Below, in pieces: positions 9,168-17,865 of a stretch of 64,000 nt of DNA. Under the pieces are notes generated by a model. The model made no database searches. It saw only the letters and a list, made by a program, of their open reading frames with translations, and was not told the origin of the DNA. The position numbers and the translations under genes were made by a program. The stretch comes from Gemmatimonadales bacterium (lineage in GTDB: Bacteria > Gemmatimonadota > Gemmatimonadetes > Gemmatimonadales > GWC2-71-9). Where the stretch lies: NCBI GenBank assembly GCA_036556025.1, contig DATBKD010000046.1:4718-68717 (forward strand), in the 5' to 3' direction. How positions within the stretch are numbered: the first letter of the stretch is position 1; every line of letters starts with the position of its first letter.

Positions 9168-10240
9168 GTACCCGGGTGGTCCACGTCGCATCCGGTCGCG
9201 AGTGGCGGGGAGGCCAGCGGCAGGTCTGGCTGCTCGCCCGAGAGCTGGAACGACTCGGCGGAGTCGCACAGGTGGTGGTGACCGGCGGTGGAACCGAGCT
9301 CGCCCGCCGGCTCCGGTCCGACGGCGTGACTGTCCGTGAGGCGCCCTGGAGCATGGGGCTCGACCCCCGTGTCTGTGGGGCCATTCTTGCCGCGCTTCGC
9401 GGATCGGGCGCGCTGCTCCACGCTCACGACGGCCATGCCATCATCCTGGCCGGGCTCTGTGCCTCACTTGCGGGTTGTCCTCTTGTCGCCACGCGACGAG
9501 TCGCATTCCACCTCCGACATCGAGGCTACTGGGCCCGCGCCACGCGAGTGATCGCCGTCTCCCAGGCGGTGGCCTCGGTGCTGGAGCAGGACGGAATCCC
9601 GCCCGAACGGATACGCGTCGTTCACTCCGGAATCGCGCTCGAGATAGCCCTCGCCGCAAAACCTCTGGGCATTCGAGCTCGATTGGGGCTTCCACCTGAC
9701 GCGGGGATCGCGGCAAGCGTGGGATCGCTCGAGCCGGAGAAGGATCATCCCACCCTCTTTCGCGCCGCCAAGATATTGGAAGCGCGTCATCCTCAGCTCC
9801 ATTGGGTCGTCGCAGGCGCGGGGCGCGAGCAACCGGCCCTGGAGCGTCTCCGAGAGGACTTGGGACTGCATCACCGAGTCCATCTGCTCGGCCAAGTGGA
9901 CGAACCGATGGGCCTCATTGTCGATGCCAATGTTTTCGTCATGAGCTCCAGGGACGAGGGGCTGGGGACTTCGGTGCTGGATGCGATGGCGCTTGGCACT
10001 CCGGTTGCTTCTACCTCGGCAGGAGGCGTCCCGGAAATGCTGACCGATGGCTCGGGGCTGCTGGTTTCGCCGGGGGATTCTCGGGCACTTGCGGGCGCGG
10101 TGTCTCAGATCCTGGACGATTCGGCCCTGCGTCGATCACTTATAGAGAACGCCTGGACGGCGGTCCGGCGGTTCAGCGCCGACCGCATGGCCGGGGAAGT
10201 AAGAAACGTGTATCGTTCCTGCGCCCATTTCCTTGACTGA
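9164..10240 (+). CDS. Glycosyltransferase family 4 (GT-B)
   Basis: 358 aa. C-terminal half carries the EGLGTSVLDAMALGTPVAST (E-x7-E-like) GT4 signature. The GTG start overlaps the kinase stop (GTGA). Confidence 0.85.
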   Translation: MSTRVVHVASGREWRGGQRQVWLLARELERLGGVAQVVVTGGGTELARRLRSDGVTVREAPWSMGLDPRVCGAILAALRGSGALLHAHDGHAIILAGLCASLAGCPLVATRRVAFHLRHRGYWARATRVIAVSQAVASVLEQDGIPPERIRVVHSGIALEIALAAKPLGIRARLGLPPDAGIAASVGSLEPEKDHPTLFRAAKILEARHPQLHWVVAGAGREQPALERLREDLGLHHRVHLLGQVDEPMGLIVDANVFVMSSRDEGLGTSVLDAMALGTPVASTSAGGVPEMLTDGSGLLVSPGDSRALAGAVSQILDDSALRRSLIENAWTAVRRFSADRMAGEVRNVYRSCAHFLD

Positions 10241-10242
10241 CC

Positions 10243-11040
10243 ATGATTTACGTTTGCATACCAAGCTACAACGAGGCAGCAACGGTGGGTCTTCTGCTCT
10301 GGAAGATCCGCCAGGTGTTCGCCGGATTTCCTCGGGAGTACCAACTGCTCCTGCTGGATGACGGGTCCACCGACGCGACGTCGGAAGTGCTGGAGCCCTA
10401 TGTCCGAGTTCTGCCGCTCACGCTGCTGCGTCATGAGGTCCGGCAAGGCTATGCCGCCTCGGTCGAGGCGTTGCTCCGCAAGGCGGTCGAGCTTACCGAT
10501 CGGCCCAAGCGCGATGCGGCAATCGTGATGCACGCCGATTTCGCCCACAATCCTCAGGCCATCCCCGATCTGGTTCGACGAATCGAAAGCGGAGCCGATG
10601 TCGTCGTGGCCGAGGGCCGTATCGAGGGCCAGCAGTCGTGGCCGCACCGCATGCTGCGGCGCTTCGCCCCGCTGTTTCTTCGGGGGATTGTAGCAGTTCC
10701 CGGGGTGACGGACCTGGTCTCGGGGTTCGCCATCTTCCGGCTGGTCGCGCTGAGGAATGCACTCCGGAGTCAGAACGGTGCGCTGCTGGTCACCGATGGG
10801 CTCGCCGCCAATGCCGAGCTGTACTGGCGGGCAGGGCGATACGCGCGTCGAGTCGAAGCCATCCCAGTAGTCGAGCGGCACGATCTTCGGGGCCGCGGCA
10901 CCCGCCTGCAGCCCTGGCCCACGGCCATGCAGCTCTGGCGGGCCCGACGGCTCCTCCGGAATACGCCGATACCGCCCGTGACCGCCGATGCCTCTGCCCG
11001 GCGGGAGAGCGAACGGGAAGCCGAGGCGGTATCCTCGTGA
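10243..11040 (+). CDS. Glycosyltransferase family 2
   Basis: N-terminal IPSYNEAATV...LLLLDDGSTDAT (GT2 DxD-type fold signature). Starts 2 nt after the GT4 stop. Confidence 0.85.
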   Translation: MIYVCIPSYNEAATVGLLLWKIRQVFAGFPREYQLLLLDDGSTDATSEVLEPYVRVLPLTLLRHEVRQGYAASVEALLRKAVELTDRPKRDAAIVMHADFAHNPQAIPDLVRRIESGADVVVAEGRIEGQQSWPHRMLRRFAPLFLRGIVAVPGVTDLVSGFAIFRLVALRNALRSQNGALLVTDGLAANAELYWRAGRYARRVEAIPVVERHDLRGRGTRLQPWPTAMQLWRARRLLRNTPIPPVTADASARRESEREAEAVSS

Positions 11041-11786
11041 GCCTGCTCGCCCTGGTACTGGCCCTCTTTCAAGGCAGTGCCCCGCCGGCCCCGGCGCCGG
11101 CTTACCCGTTTGGCGTCGGGGAGACCCTGACCTATAGCGCGAAGCTGGGCATGCTCACCCTGGGCTCCGGAACGCTGGAAGTGGCAGGCATCGAGTCACT
11201 GCGCGGCGAAGAGACCTTTCGGTTCCGCTTTCGGCTTCAGGGGAGGACCGTCTTCTTCAGTCTGGATGACGTGCTCGAGTCCTGGGTCGGGACCAAGGAT
11301 TTCGCGTCCCGCCGGTTTCTTCAGAACTTCGTAGAGAACGACAAGACCCGGCGCAAGCTGTACGAGATCTACCCCGACTCGGGGTTTTTCCGCGAGAGCG
11401 GCCGCCCCTCGCCAGAGCCCTCGCCTCCGGATCCGCTGGACGACGCGGCGTTCTTCTACTTCGTGCGAATTACGCCGCTCGAAGTGGGCAAGAAGTACTC
11501 CTTCGACCGGTACTTCAAGAAGAAAATGAATCCGGTCAACATCGAGGTGACCAAGAGGGAGAAGATGGAGCTGCCCGACGGCACGGAGATCGATTGCCTG
11601 GTGCTTCATCCGGTGATCGAGACCAAGGGTATGTTCTCCAAGCGCTCGGATACCCGGATCTGGCTCACCGACGATGTGCGCCGCTTGCCGGTGCAGATTC
11701 GAAGCAAATTCAACTTCGGGACCATCACGCTCCGCCTCAAGGAAATGGTGCTACCCGGCGCACCCACCCCGACTCCGGGCACCTGA
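11037..11786 (+). CDS. DUF3108 domain-containing exported protein
   Basis: GTG at 11037 overlaps the GT2 stop. Signal-like N-terminus SLLALVLALF, then FGVGETLTYSAKLGMLTLGSGTLEV, typical of DUF3108. The 133 codons upstream in the track ORF overlap GT2 out of frame and are Arg/Ala/Pro-rich. Confidence 0.7.
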   Translation: MSLLALVLALFQGSAPPAPAPAYPFGVGETLTYSAKLGMLTLGSGTLEVAGIESLRGEETFRFRFRLQGRTVFFSLDDVLESWVGTKDFASRRFLQNFVENDKTRRKLYEIYPDSGFFRESGRPSPEPSPPDPLDDAAFFYFVRITPLEVGKKYSFDRYFKKKMNPVNIEVTKREKMELPDGTEIDCLVLHPVIETKGMFSKRSDTRIWLTDDVRRLPVQIRSKFNFGTITLRLKEMVLPGAPTPTPGT

Positions 11787-11788
11787 GC

Positions 11789-12748
11789 GTGCCCTACCGT
11801 GAGGCCGATCTCAGCCGGCTGCGCACGATCCCCGTTTCGGGACGTCGCAACAAGGTCGACAGCTCGCTCCTAGCCACTCCTCCGACAGCGGCTGGGTCAT
11901 TCACCGACTTCCTGGGTAGCCTGCCCGACGTGCTGGCGGCGCGAGATCTTCGCGCCGTCATCGCCGGCGTCGCAGCGGCCGCGAGCAACCGGAGAGGAGT
12001 ACTGTTGCTGCTCGGCGGCCACGTCATCAAGGTCGGTCTCGGCCCGCTGGTCAACGCCTGGATCGAACGGGGGCTGGTCTCGCACATCGCCCTCAACGGG
12101 GCTGCGGCGATTCACGATTTCGAGCTGGCTGCCTTCGGGGGTACCAGCGAAGACGTCGAGAGCGGGCTGGCCGATGGGAGCTTTGGCATGGCGGACGAGA
12201 CCGGGACCGAGATGAACGCCGCGATTAGTGCCGCGGCCGCGAGCGGTCAGGGCATGGGCGAGGGCTTAGCCCGGGGCCTCGCGGCCCGCCCTACCCTCCC
12301 CGGGGCCTCGGCCTCGGTGCTGCTGAGCGCGCTGAATCACGATGTTCCGGTCACGGTCCACGCCGCCATCGGCGCGGACATCATTCACCAGCATCCCAAG
12401 GCCGACGGCGTGTCCCTGGGAAGCACGGGTCATCGGGATTTCAGGCGCCTGGCAGGCTCACTGGTGGATCTCGATCAGGGCGGGGCCGTGCTCAACTGGG
12501 GCAGTGCGGTAGTCCTGCCCGAGGTGTTTCTCAAGGCGTTGACCATCGCCCGCAATCTCAACGCGGGCCGGCCTACTCACTTTCTCGCGGCGGATTTTGA
12601 CATGCAGCGGCATTACCGGCCGCGCCTCAATGTGGTGCAGCGACCAACCCGCGCCGGCGGCAGTGGCTACCTGCTCACCGGACATCATGAGATCATGATT
12701 CCGCTGTTGGTGTGGGGAGTGGTTGAAAGGCTATCGGCTATCAGCTAA
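11789..12748 (+). CDS. Deoxyhypusine-synthase-like (DS fold) family protein, function unknown
   Basis: GTG start 2 nt after the upstream stop. GGHVIKVGLGPLVNAWIERGLVSHIALNGAAAIHD and VPVTVHAAIGADIIH resemble the NAD-binding segments of deoxyhypusine synthase-like proteins (by eye only). The last codons lie inside a heptamer repeat. Confidence 0.55.
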   Translation: MPYREADLSRLRTIPVSGRRNKVDSSLLATPPTAAGSFTDFLGSLPDVLAARDLRAVIAGVAAAASNRRGVLLLLGGHVIKVGLGPLVNAWIERGLVSHIALNGAAAIHDFELAAFGGTSEDVESGLADGSFGMADETGTEMNAAISAAAASGQGMGEGLARGLAARPTLPGASASVLLSALNHDVPVTVHAAIGADIIHQHPKADGVSLGSTGHRDFRRLAGSLVDLDQGGAVLNWGSAVVLPEVFLKALTIARNLNAGRPTHFLAADFDMQRHYRPRLNVVQRPTRAGGSGYLLTGHHEIMIPLLVWGVVERLSAIS

Positions 12749-12811
12749 GAGCGATCGGTCCTGGGAGATCGAGCCCGCCGCCCAGAATTGTTAGCTGATA
12801 GCTGATAGCTG
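12729..12811. repeat. Inverted heptamer arrays (GGCTATC/AGCTAAG arm versus AGCTGAT arm)
   Basis: Left arm: ggctatc ggctatc agctaag (12729-12749, includes the stop codon). Right arm: ttagctgatagctgatagctg (12791-12811). The arms are reverse complements with 1-2 mismatches, and the loop is about 41 nt. Confidence 0.7.
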
Positions 12812-12825
12812 CCGCCAGGCGGCGC

Positions 12826-13038
12826 TCAGGCCGGCCGGCCGGCGATCATCTCTCTTACCCTGGCCGCTGTGTTGGGCGCGAAGATCTTGAGAATCAGATA
12901 GATCAGGAACCCGACAAAGGCGAACCAGAGGATCGCGCCCAGCAAACCGATCACCAGGCCAAACAAGCCGAAGAGCAGCTTCAGCAGGAAGATTGCGATC
13001 ACCGCGAAGATCGCGAAGCCGAGCAGGTTCCGAAGCAT
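12826..13038 (-). CDS. Small two-TM membrane protein
   Basis: Start moved to the ATG at 13038, preceded by GAGGGAAA. MLRNLLGFAIFAVIAIFLLKLLFGLFGLVIGLLGAILWFAFVGFLIYLIL is almost entirely hydrophobic. Confidence 0.6.
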   Translation of the reverse strand: MLRNLLGFAIFAVIAIFLLKLLFGLFGLVIGLLGAILWFAFVGFLIYLILKIFAPNTAARVREMIAGRPA

Positions 13039-13113
13039 ACTAGTTTCCCTCGTGAGAAGCGGGTCAGGGCGCAGTACGCCGAGACGTTTCAAATAGTTTC
13101 ATAGGAAATATAA

Positions 13114-14220
13114 GTGGCTGTCTCCTACGACGTTATTGTGGTCGGCGGCGGGCCGATCGGAGCGGCCTGTGCCCGGGAGCTGGCCCTGACCGGGAGACGC
13201 GTGCTCATCCTCGAGCGCGGCGAGGAGATCGGTCAGGCCTGGCGGGCAGCAGCCGGTATGCTCGCTCCCCAGATCGAGACCACTCAGGATGAGAGTGTCC
13301 TCGAGTTCGGGCTCGCCGCGCGGGAGCTTTACACCGATCTGGCTGAGGCCCTTCGGGAAGCCACCGGCATCGACATCGGGCTCTGGCGAGAGGGCATCGC
13401 CTGGGTGGCAGACGGGGACGATGAAGCGGCCGACCTGCGAACCAGAGTCGCAATCCAGCGCCAACAAGGACACCTCTGCGATTGGCTGGATTCGGGCGAG
13501 GTTCGGGCACGTTGGCCCTGGCTTGGGCCCACTCAAGGTGCTCTCTGGGCTCCGCACGACGGAGCCCTGGAGCCGATCAAGTTGGTCGAGGCCCTCCTCA
13601 GCGACGCCAAACAGCTCGGGGCACACGTCATGCACGACAGCGTGACCTCAGTGGACCAGCGGGGTGACCGGGTGGTTGGCGTCACCGGGCACGAAGGTCA
13701 CTACGCCACTCCCACCGTCGTCATCGCGGCCGGCGCCTGGTCAGGCGAGATCGAAGGCCTCCCACGGCCGCTATCGGTCGCACCCGTGCGAGGACAGATG
13801 GCGGCGATGCCGTGGCCCAGCGCTGCTGCTCGAGCCATCGTGTATGGCAAAGGCGGCTACCTGGTCGCCCGCGGGGAAGAGGCGATTGTCGGGTCAACCA
13901 TGGAGTATGTCGGATTTCGCCCCGAGGTGACCTCCTCGGGTCTGGCGAGGATCTTTGCGAGCGTCACCGCGCTCTGTCCCTCGTTGACTCTGGCTGAGGT
14001 GCGCCGCACCTGGGCCGGGCTTCGACCAGTCACACCGGATGGCGCCCCGATCCTGGGAGCCGAGCCCCGGGTCGAGGGCCTGTGGTACGCCGTCGGACAC
14101 GGTCGCAACGGCATCCTCCTGGCCGGGATGACCGGCCGCATCATCCGCCAGCTACTCGCAGGTGAATCTCCCGAGCAAGACATCGGGCTCTTCTCACCCA
14201 CCCGGTTCTGGCAATGGTAG
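13114..14220 (+). CDS. thiO: Glycine oxidase ThiO-like FAD-dependent oxidoreductase
   Basis: GTG start. YDVIVVGGGPIGAACAREL Rossmann motif. 368 aa with a DAO-family layout and a C-terminal HGRNGILLAG motif typical of ThiO. Confidence 0.75.
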   Translation: MAVSYDVIVVGGGPIGAACARELALTGRRVLILERGEEIGQAWRAAAGMLAPQIETTQDESVLEFGLAARELYTDLAEALREATGIDIGLWREGIAWVADGDDEAADLRTRVAIQRQQGHLCDWLDSGEVRARWPWLGPTQGALWAPHDGALEPIKLVEALLSDAKQLGAHVMHDSVTSVDQRGDRVVGVTGHEGHYATPTVVIAAGAWSGEIEGLPRPLSVAPVRGQMAAMPWPSAAARAIVYGKGGYLVARGEEAIVGSTMEYVGFRPEVTSSGLARIFASVTALCPSLTLAEVRRTWAGLRPVTPDGAPILGAEPRVEGLWYAVGHGRNGILLAGMTGRIIRQLLAGESPEQDIGLFSPTRFWQW

Positions 14221-14337
14221 CGAACATCCCGAACACAGAGTCGCCGACTACCGGCATCCAGAGGCAGTAGAGCAGTAGAACGACCTGCACACTCTGAACA
14301 CCGATAGCCGGCGACGAAATCGCCCTACGCGGCGGCG

Positions 14338-14384
14338 CTGACAGTTATCAGCTGACAGCTGACAGCTTACTTCTTACTTCTGGT
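14338..14384. repeat. Tandem heptamers (GACAGCT-type x4, then TACTTCT x2)
   Basis: Read directly: gacagtt atcagct gacagct gacagct tacttct tacttct. The CAGCTG core relates it to the AGCTGWT family. Confidence 0.7.
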
Positions 14385-14513
14385 GTACGGCGTCCTCTCG
14401 CCAGTTGGATCCATCCCCGCGCCCCATACATCCGTTCGCTCCCGGCCGGCGTAGCCGAGGTCACAAGGGCAGTGCATCACCAACTGCCCACCACCTCACT
14501 CGCTAGGAGACCC

Positions 14514-15269
14514 ATGGCCATGAACGCCAGACCGACTTCCCGCCGGCGAGCGCTCGCCGCAGGGCTGGTTGTCCTCGCGGGGGCCGCCACTGTCACCGGC
14601 CTCGTCCTTGGATCCGATCACCAGGACACACCCTTCGTCGAGCTCAACCCCAAGTCCGACCTCACCGATGTCTATGCCTTTCCTGGATCTGCGCCTGGTC
14701 GCATCGTCCTCGTCATGGACACCAGAGGGTTCCTCACGCCGGCCGGTGCGCAGGATCCGGACCAGGGCTCGTTCGATCACAATCTGCTCTATCAGTTCAA
14801 GGTCGATAACAACGGGGACGCAAAAGAGGACAAGGTCATCCAGGTCAGCTTCACCGGAGAGGGTACCGCGCAGCAGGTCGAGGTGCGAGGCCCGATAGCG
14901 CCGCCGGTCCAGGGCGCGATGAACAACGAAATCTCCGACGCGACCCCGACGGTCAGCGGAGCACTCAACACCCTTCTGGGCAGCCCCAGCGACATTCAGG
15001 TCTTCGCTGGTCCCCGCGACGATCCGTTCTATATCGATCTCGAAGCCGCATTCTGTATCCTGCCGGACCGCAAGCCGGTGGGCGGAGCGCTCTCCCAGCC
15101 CTGCGCCCTCCACCCCAATCCGTCGGGCTCGATTTTCTACTTCCGCAATCCCGGCGTGAACTACGTCAACGGGTTCAACGTCAATGCCATCATCGTCGAG
15201 CTGCCCAGCTCGACGCTGGAAAACGGCTCGCCCGGCAAGCTTGGCCTTTGGGGCACCATCAGTCAGTGA
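14514..15269 (+). CDS. DUF4331 family protein, N-terminal-half homologue (exported)
   Basis: ATG at 14514 preceded by AGGAGA. Twin-arginine-like signal TSRRRALAAGL. Hallmark SDHQDTP...DLTDVYAF and AGPRDDPFYID motifs of DUF4331. Confidence 0.75.
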   Translation: MAMNARPTSRRRALAAGLVVLAGAATVTGLVLGSDHQDTPFVELNPKSDLTDVYAFPGSAPGRIVLVMDTRGFLTPAGAQDPDQGSFDHNLLYQFKVDNNGDAKEDKVIQVSFTGEGTAQQVEVRGPIAPPVQGAMNNEISDATPTVSGALNTLLGSPSDIQVFAGPRDDPFYIDLEAAFCILPDRKPVGGALSQPCALHPNPSGSIFYFRNPGVNYVNGFNVNAIIVELPSSTLENGSPGKLGLWGTISQ

Positions 15270-15300
15270 TCACCCACGACACGAACGAGAGGAACCGACC

Positions 15301-15879
15301 ATGCAGCTCAGCATCTTTGCCCGCGGGGCACGCCGCCTGGCACTCGCGTCCGCGGTCGTGGCGGTGAGCCTGACGACCGCCTGCAGTGACGACCACAACG
15401 ACGGGACCGGGCCGACGACGCCCAGGATGTTCAATCAGCTTCAGCGCCTCGGCAATCCGCTGGTGAGCGAAGTTCTTCTGGCCAAGCGGAGCCATCCCAC
15501 TCACGGCAGCATCGGCCCGGACCAGGACGCCAGTCTCGTCGCCCCGGAAGTGGTGGACTTTCTGACCACGGTTGCGGGCCGCGACCCCGCCTATATCAGC
15601 GCGATCGCGCCGGCCTTGATCCCTGATATGCTGATCGTGGACACGAGCAAGGATCCGGCATCCTCGCCTGTGGGCTGGCTCACCTGGCTGCCCCAACTGG
15701 GTGGCGGGTACGGGGGACGGCAGCTTCAGGACGACGTGGTGGATCTGGCGCTCACAGCCGTGTTCGGCAGTGCCCTCGGTGACGCCGCCCACGCGACGCC
15801 GGAGCTCACCACCGACAATGTCAGCTTCGACTCGCCCAACGTCACCAGCACGTTCCCCTATCTCGCGTCGCCGAACTAA
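15301..15879 (+). CDS. DUF4331 family protein, C-terminal-half homologue (lipoprotein)
   Basis: ATG at 15301 preceded by GAGAGGA. Lipobox SLTTAC. RLGNPLVSEVLL, GGRQLQDDVVDLAL and terminal FPYLASPN resemble the C-terminal part of full-length DUF4331 proteins. Confidence 0.7.
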   Translation: MQLSIFARGARRLALASAVVAVSLTTACSDDHNDGTGPTTPRMFNQLQRLGNPLVSEVLLAKRSHPTHGSIGPDQDASLVAPEVVDFLTTVAGRDPAYISAIAPALIPDMLIVDTSKDPASSPVGWLTWLPQLGGGYGGRQLQDDVVDLALTAVFGSALGDAAHATPELTTDNVSFDSPNVTSTFPYLASPN

Positions 15880-15944
15880 GTCGCGAGCGTCTCCGGCGGC
15901 ACGGACAGGGCCGCCGGAGCACACCTGTCACCGAGGGGTCAACT

Positions 15945-17249
15945 ATGCGAAAGCTGGCGTGGTGCGCCGCCGGAGCCGCTCTGGGACTCATCATCTGGGC
16001 AGCCGGCGCGGCGGCTGATCGTCCCGCACAGCCAGCCGGGTCCAATCCTCGGCCAAGGCTGAGTGAGACCCAGATCCGCAGTCTGGACATCGCGTTCTAC
16101 GCGAAGCGGATCGAGCGCGACAGCCTGAGCGCCCGGGACTTCACCCAGCTGGCGGCCCTGTACCTCCAACGCGCGCGGGAGACCGCTGACAATCAGGATC
16201 TGGTGCGGGCCGAAGAGATGGCGCGCCACTCGCTCCGGCTGCGGACCAGTCGAAACGGCGCCGCGTTCGGCGTGCTGGCGTCCAGCCTCCTGGCGCAGCA
16301 CCGCTTCGCCGAAGCGCTGGAAGCGGCGGAAGCGTTGGTGGAGTACGACTCGACCTCGATCAGCGCGCGAGGCCTGCTGGGCGAGACCCAGATGGAGCTG
16401 GGCCGTTATGGCGACGCCCGCCGAAGCCTGGGCGCGCTCGCCAGCTACCGGCGAGATCTGAGTGTCGCCCCGCGCTTGGCGCGCTGGGAGGAGCTGCAGG
16501 GACACCCCGAGGCAGCCCGGCAGCTCCTGCGAGAAGCGCGGGACGACGCCGCGCGGCAGCACGGCATGCCCCGAGAGCAGCTGGCCTGGTTCCACCTTCG
16601 CCTCGGAGACCTCGCCTTGCGCAATGGGCACGCCGGTGAGGCCGAACGCGAGCTCCACGACGGACTGAAGATCTCTCCCCGCGACTATCGCCTTCTGGGA
16701 ACCATGGCCCGGCTGGAGGCAGCGCAGCACCGCTGGGACAGCGCCATCCGGTACGGTGAAGAGGCCATCGGGCAGGCCCTCGATCCGGCAACCCTCGGAT
16801 TGATCGGAGATGCCTACGCTGCCTTGGGCGACAGCGCCAAGTCGCGGGAATACTCGCACGCCATGGAGACCGCGGTGCTCCATCAACCGGGGGCCTTTCA
16901 CAGAGCGTGGAGTCTCTACCTGCTGGACCATGGCCGCGACGTTCCCGCGGTGCTGGCCAAGGTCCGAGCGGAGCTGGAAACCCGGCGCGACATCTACGGG
17001 TACGACCTGCTCGCGTGGGCACTTCATCGCTCGGGTCGGGATGCCGAGGCGAGAGCGGCCATGATGCGGGCACTCACGCTGGGCACCAGGGACGCCATGC
17101 TGTTCTATCACGCCGGGATGATCGAGCACGCTCTGGGTAACGAGGGCTCCGCCCGGCAGGACTTGGCTCAGGCCCTGACCATCAATCCGATCTGGCACCC
17201 CACTCAGCGGGACGAGGCCCGGGCGCTGCTGGATTCTCTCGCACCCTGA
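15945..17249 (+). CDS. Tetratricopeptide-repeat protein (exported)
   Basis: Signal peptide, then repeated about 34-aa Ala/Leu/Tyr-patterned helices (for example ...GRYGDARRSLGAL..., ...GDSAKSREYSHAME..., ...GRDAEARAAMMRALTL...). Confidence 0.75.
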   Translation: MRKLAWCAAGAALGLIIWAAGAAADRPAQPAGSNPRPRLSETQIRSLDIAFYAKRIERDSLSARDFTQLAALYLQRARETADNQDLVRAEEMARHSLRLRTSRNGAAFGVLASSLLAQHRFAEALEAAEALVEYDSTSISARGLLGETQMELGRYGDARRSLGALASYRRDLSVAPRLARWEELQGHPEAARQLLREARDDAARQHGMPREQLAWFHLRLGDLALRNGHAGEAERELHDGLKISPRDYRLLGTMARLEAAQHRWDSAIRYGEEAIGQALDPATLGLIGDAYAALGDSAKSREYSHAMETAVLHQPGAFHRAWSLYLLDHGRDVPAVLAKVRAELETRRDIYGYDLLAWALHRSGRDAEARAAMMRALTLGTRDAMLFYHAGMIEHALGNEGSARQDLAQALTINPIWHPTQRDEARALLDSLAP

Positions 17250-17259
17250 GGACACCGAC

Positions 17260-17865
17260 GTGTCAGCGCTTGCGACCTTCGTCCATCTGGGGTTTCGCCA
17301 TATCGTCACTTTCGCGGCAATGGATCACATTCTGTTTCTGCTCGCGCTCGCGGCGATTTATCGAGGGAGCGATTGGCGAGACAGTCTCTGGGTGATCACG
17401 GCTTTCACCATCGGGCACTCCGTGACCCTCGCGCTGGCGGTGAGCGGCACCGTGCGCCTCCCCACGCCACTGATCGAATTCCTCATTCCCCTCACCATCG
17501 TGGCGACCGGAGCCGAAAACATCGTGGTCCGCAACCGATCCCAGGCACCGCTCCGTGGACGTTATCGCTCGATCTTTGCCGGCGTCTTTGGCCTGGTGCA
17601 CGGCGCCGGGTTCGCCAACTATCTCCAGAGTCTGTTCGTGGGCTCGATCGCCCTGCCTCTCTTCGGCTTCAACCTGGGGATCGAGCTGGGTCAGCTGCTC
17701 GTGCTGGCGGCTTCCGGACTGGCGCTCGCTGGATTGGATCGGCTGCTCGCAGCCGCATGCGCGCAAGGAGGTATACCGACGCCCTACCGCCTCCGGGTGG
17801 TAACAGTCTCTCTGGTGGTAGTGGGCGTGGCGACGCAGATGGCCGCGGCCCGGCGGCCATGGTAA
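17260..17865 (+). CDS. HupE/UreJ family membrane protein
   Basis: GTG start. MDHILFLLALAA and FTIGHSVTLA motifs. About six hydrophobic segments over 201 aa. Confidence 0.8.
   Translation: MSALATFVHLGFRHIVTFAAMDHILFLLALAAIYRGSDWRDSLWVITAFTIGHSVTLALAVSGTVRLPTPLIEFLIPLTIVATGAENIVVRNRSQAPLRGRYRSIFAGVFGLVHGAGFANYLQSLFVGSIALPLFGFNLGIELGQLLVLAASGLALAGLDRLLAAACAQGGIPTPYRLRVVTVSLVVVGVATQMAAARRPW

Noticed and set aside
10638-11036. Upstream 133 codons of track ORF 10638..11786
   Set aside because: They overlap the GT2 gene out of frame and are Ala/Arg/Pro-rich. The DUF3108 protein begins at the GTG at 11037 with a signal-like segment coupled to the GT2 stop.
15939-17309. 456-aa minus-strand ORF
   Set aside because: It is antisense to the TPR gene. 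It is Arg/Gly/Pro-rich with no motifs, a typical high-GC shadow ORF. The plus-strand frame has TPR periodicity and a signal peptide.
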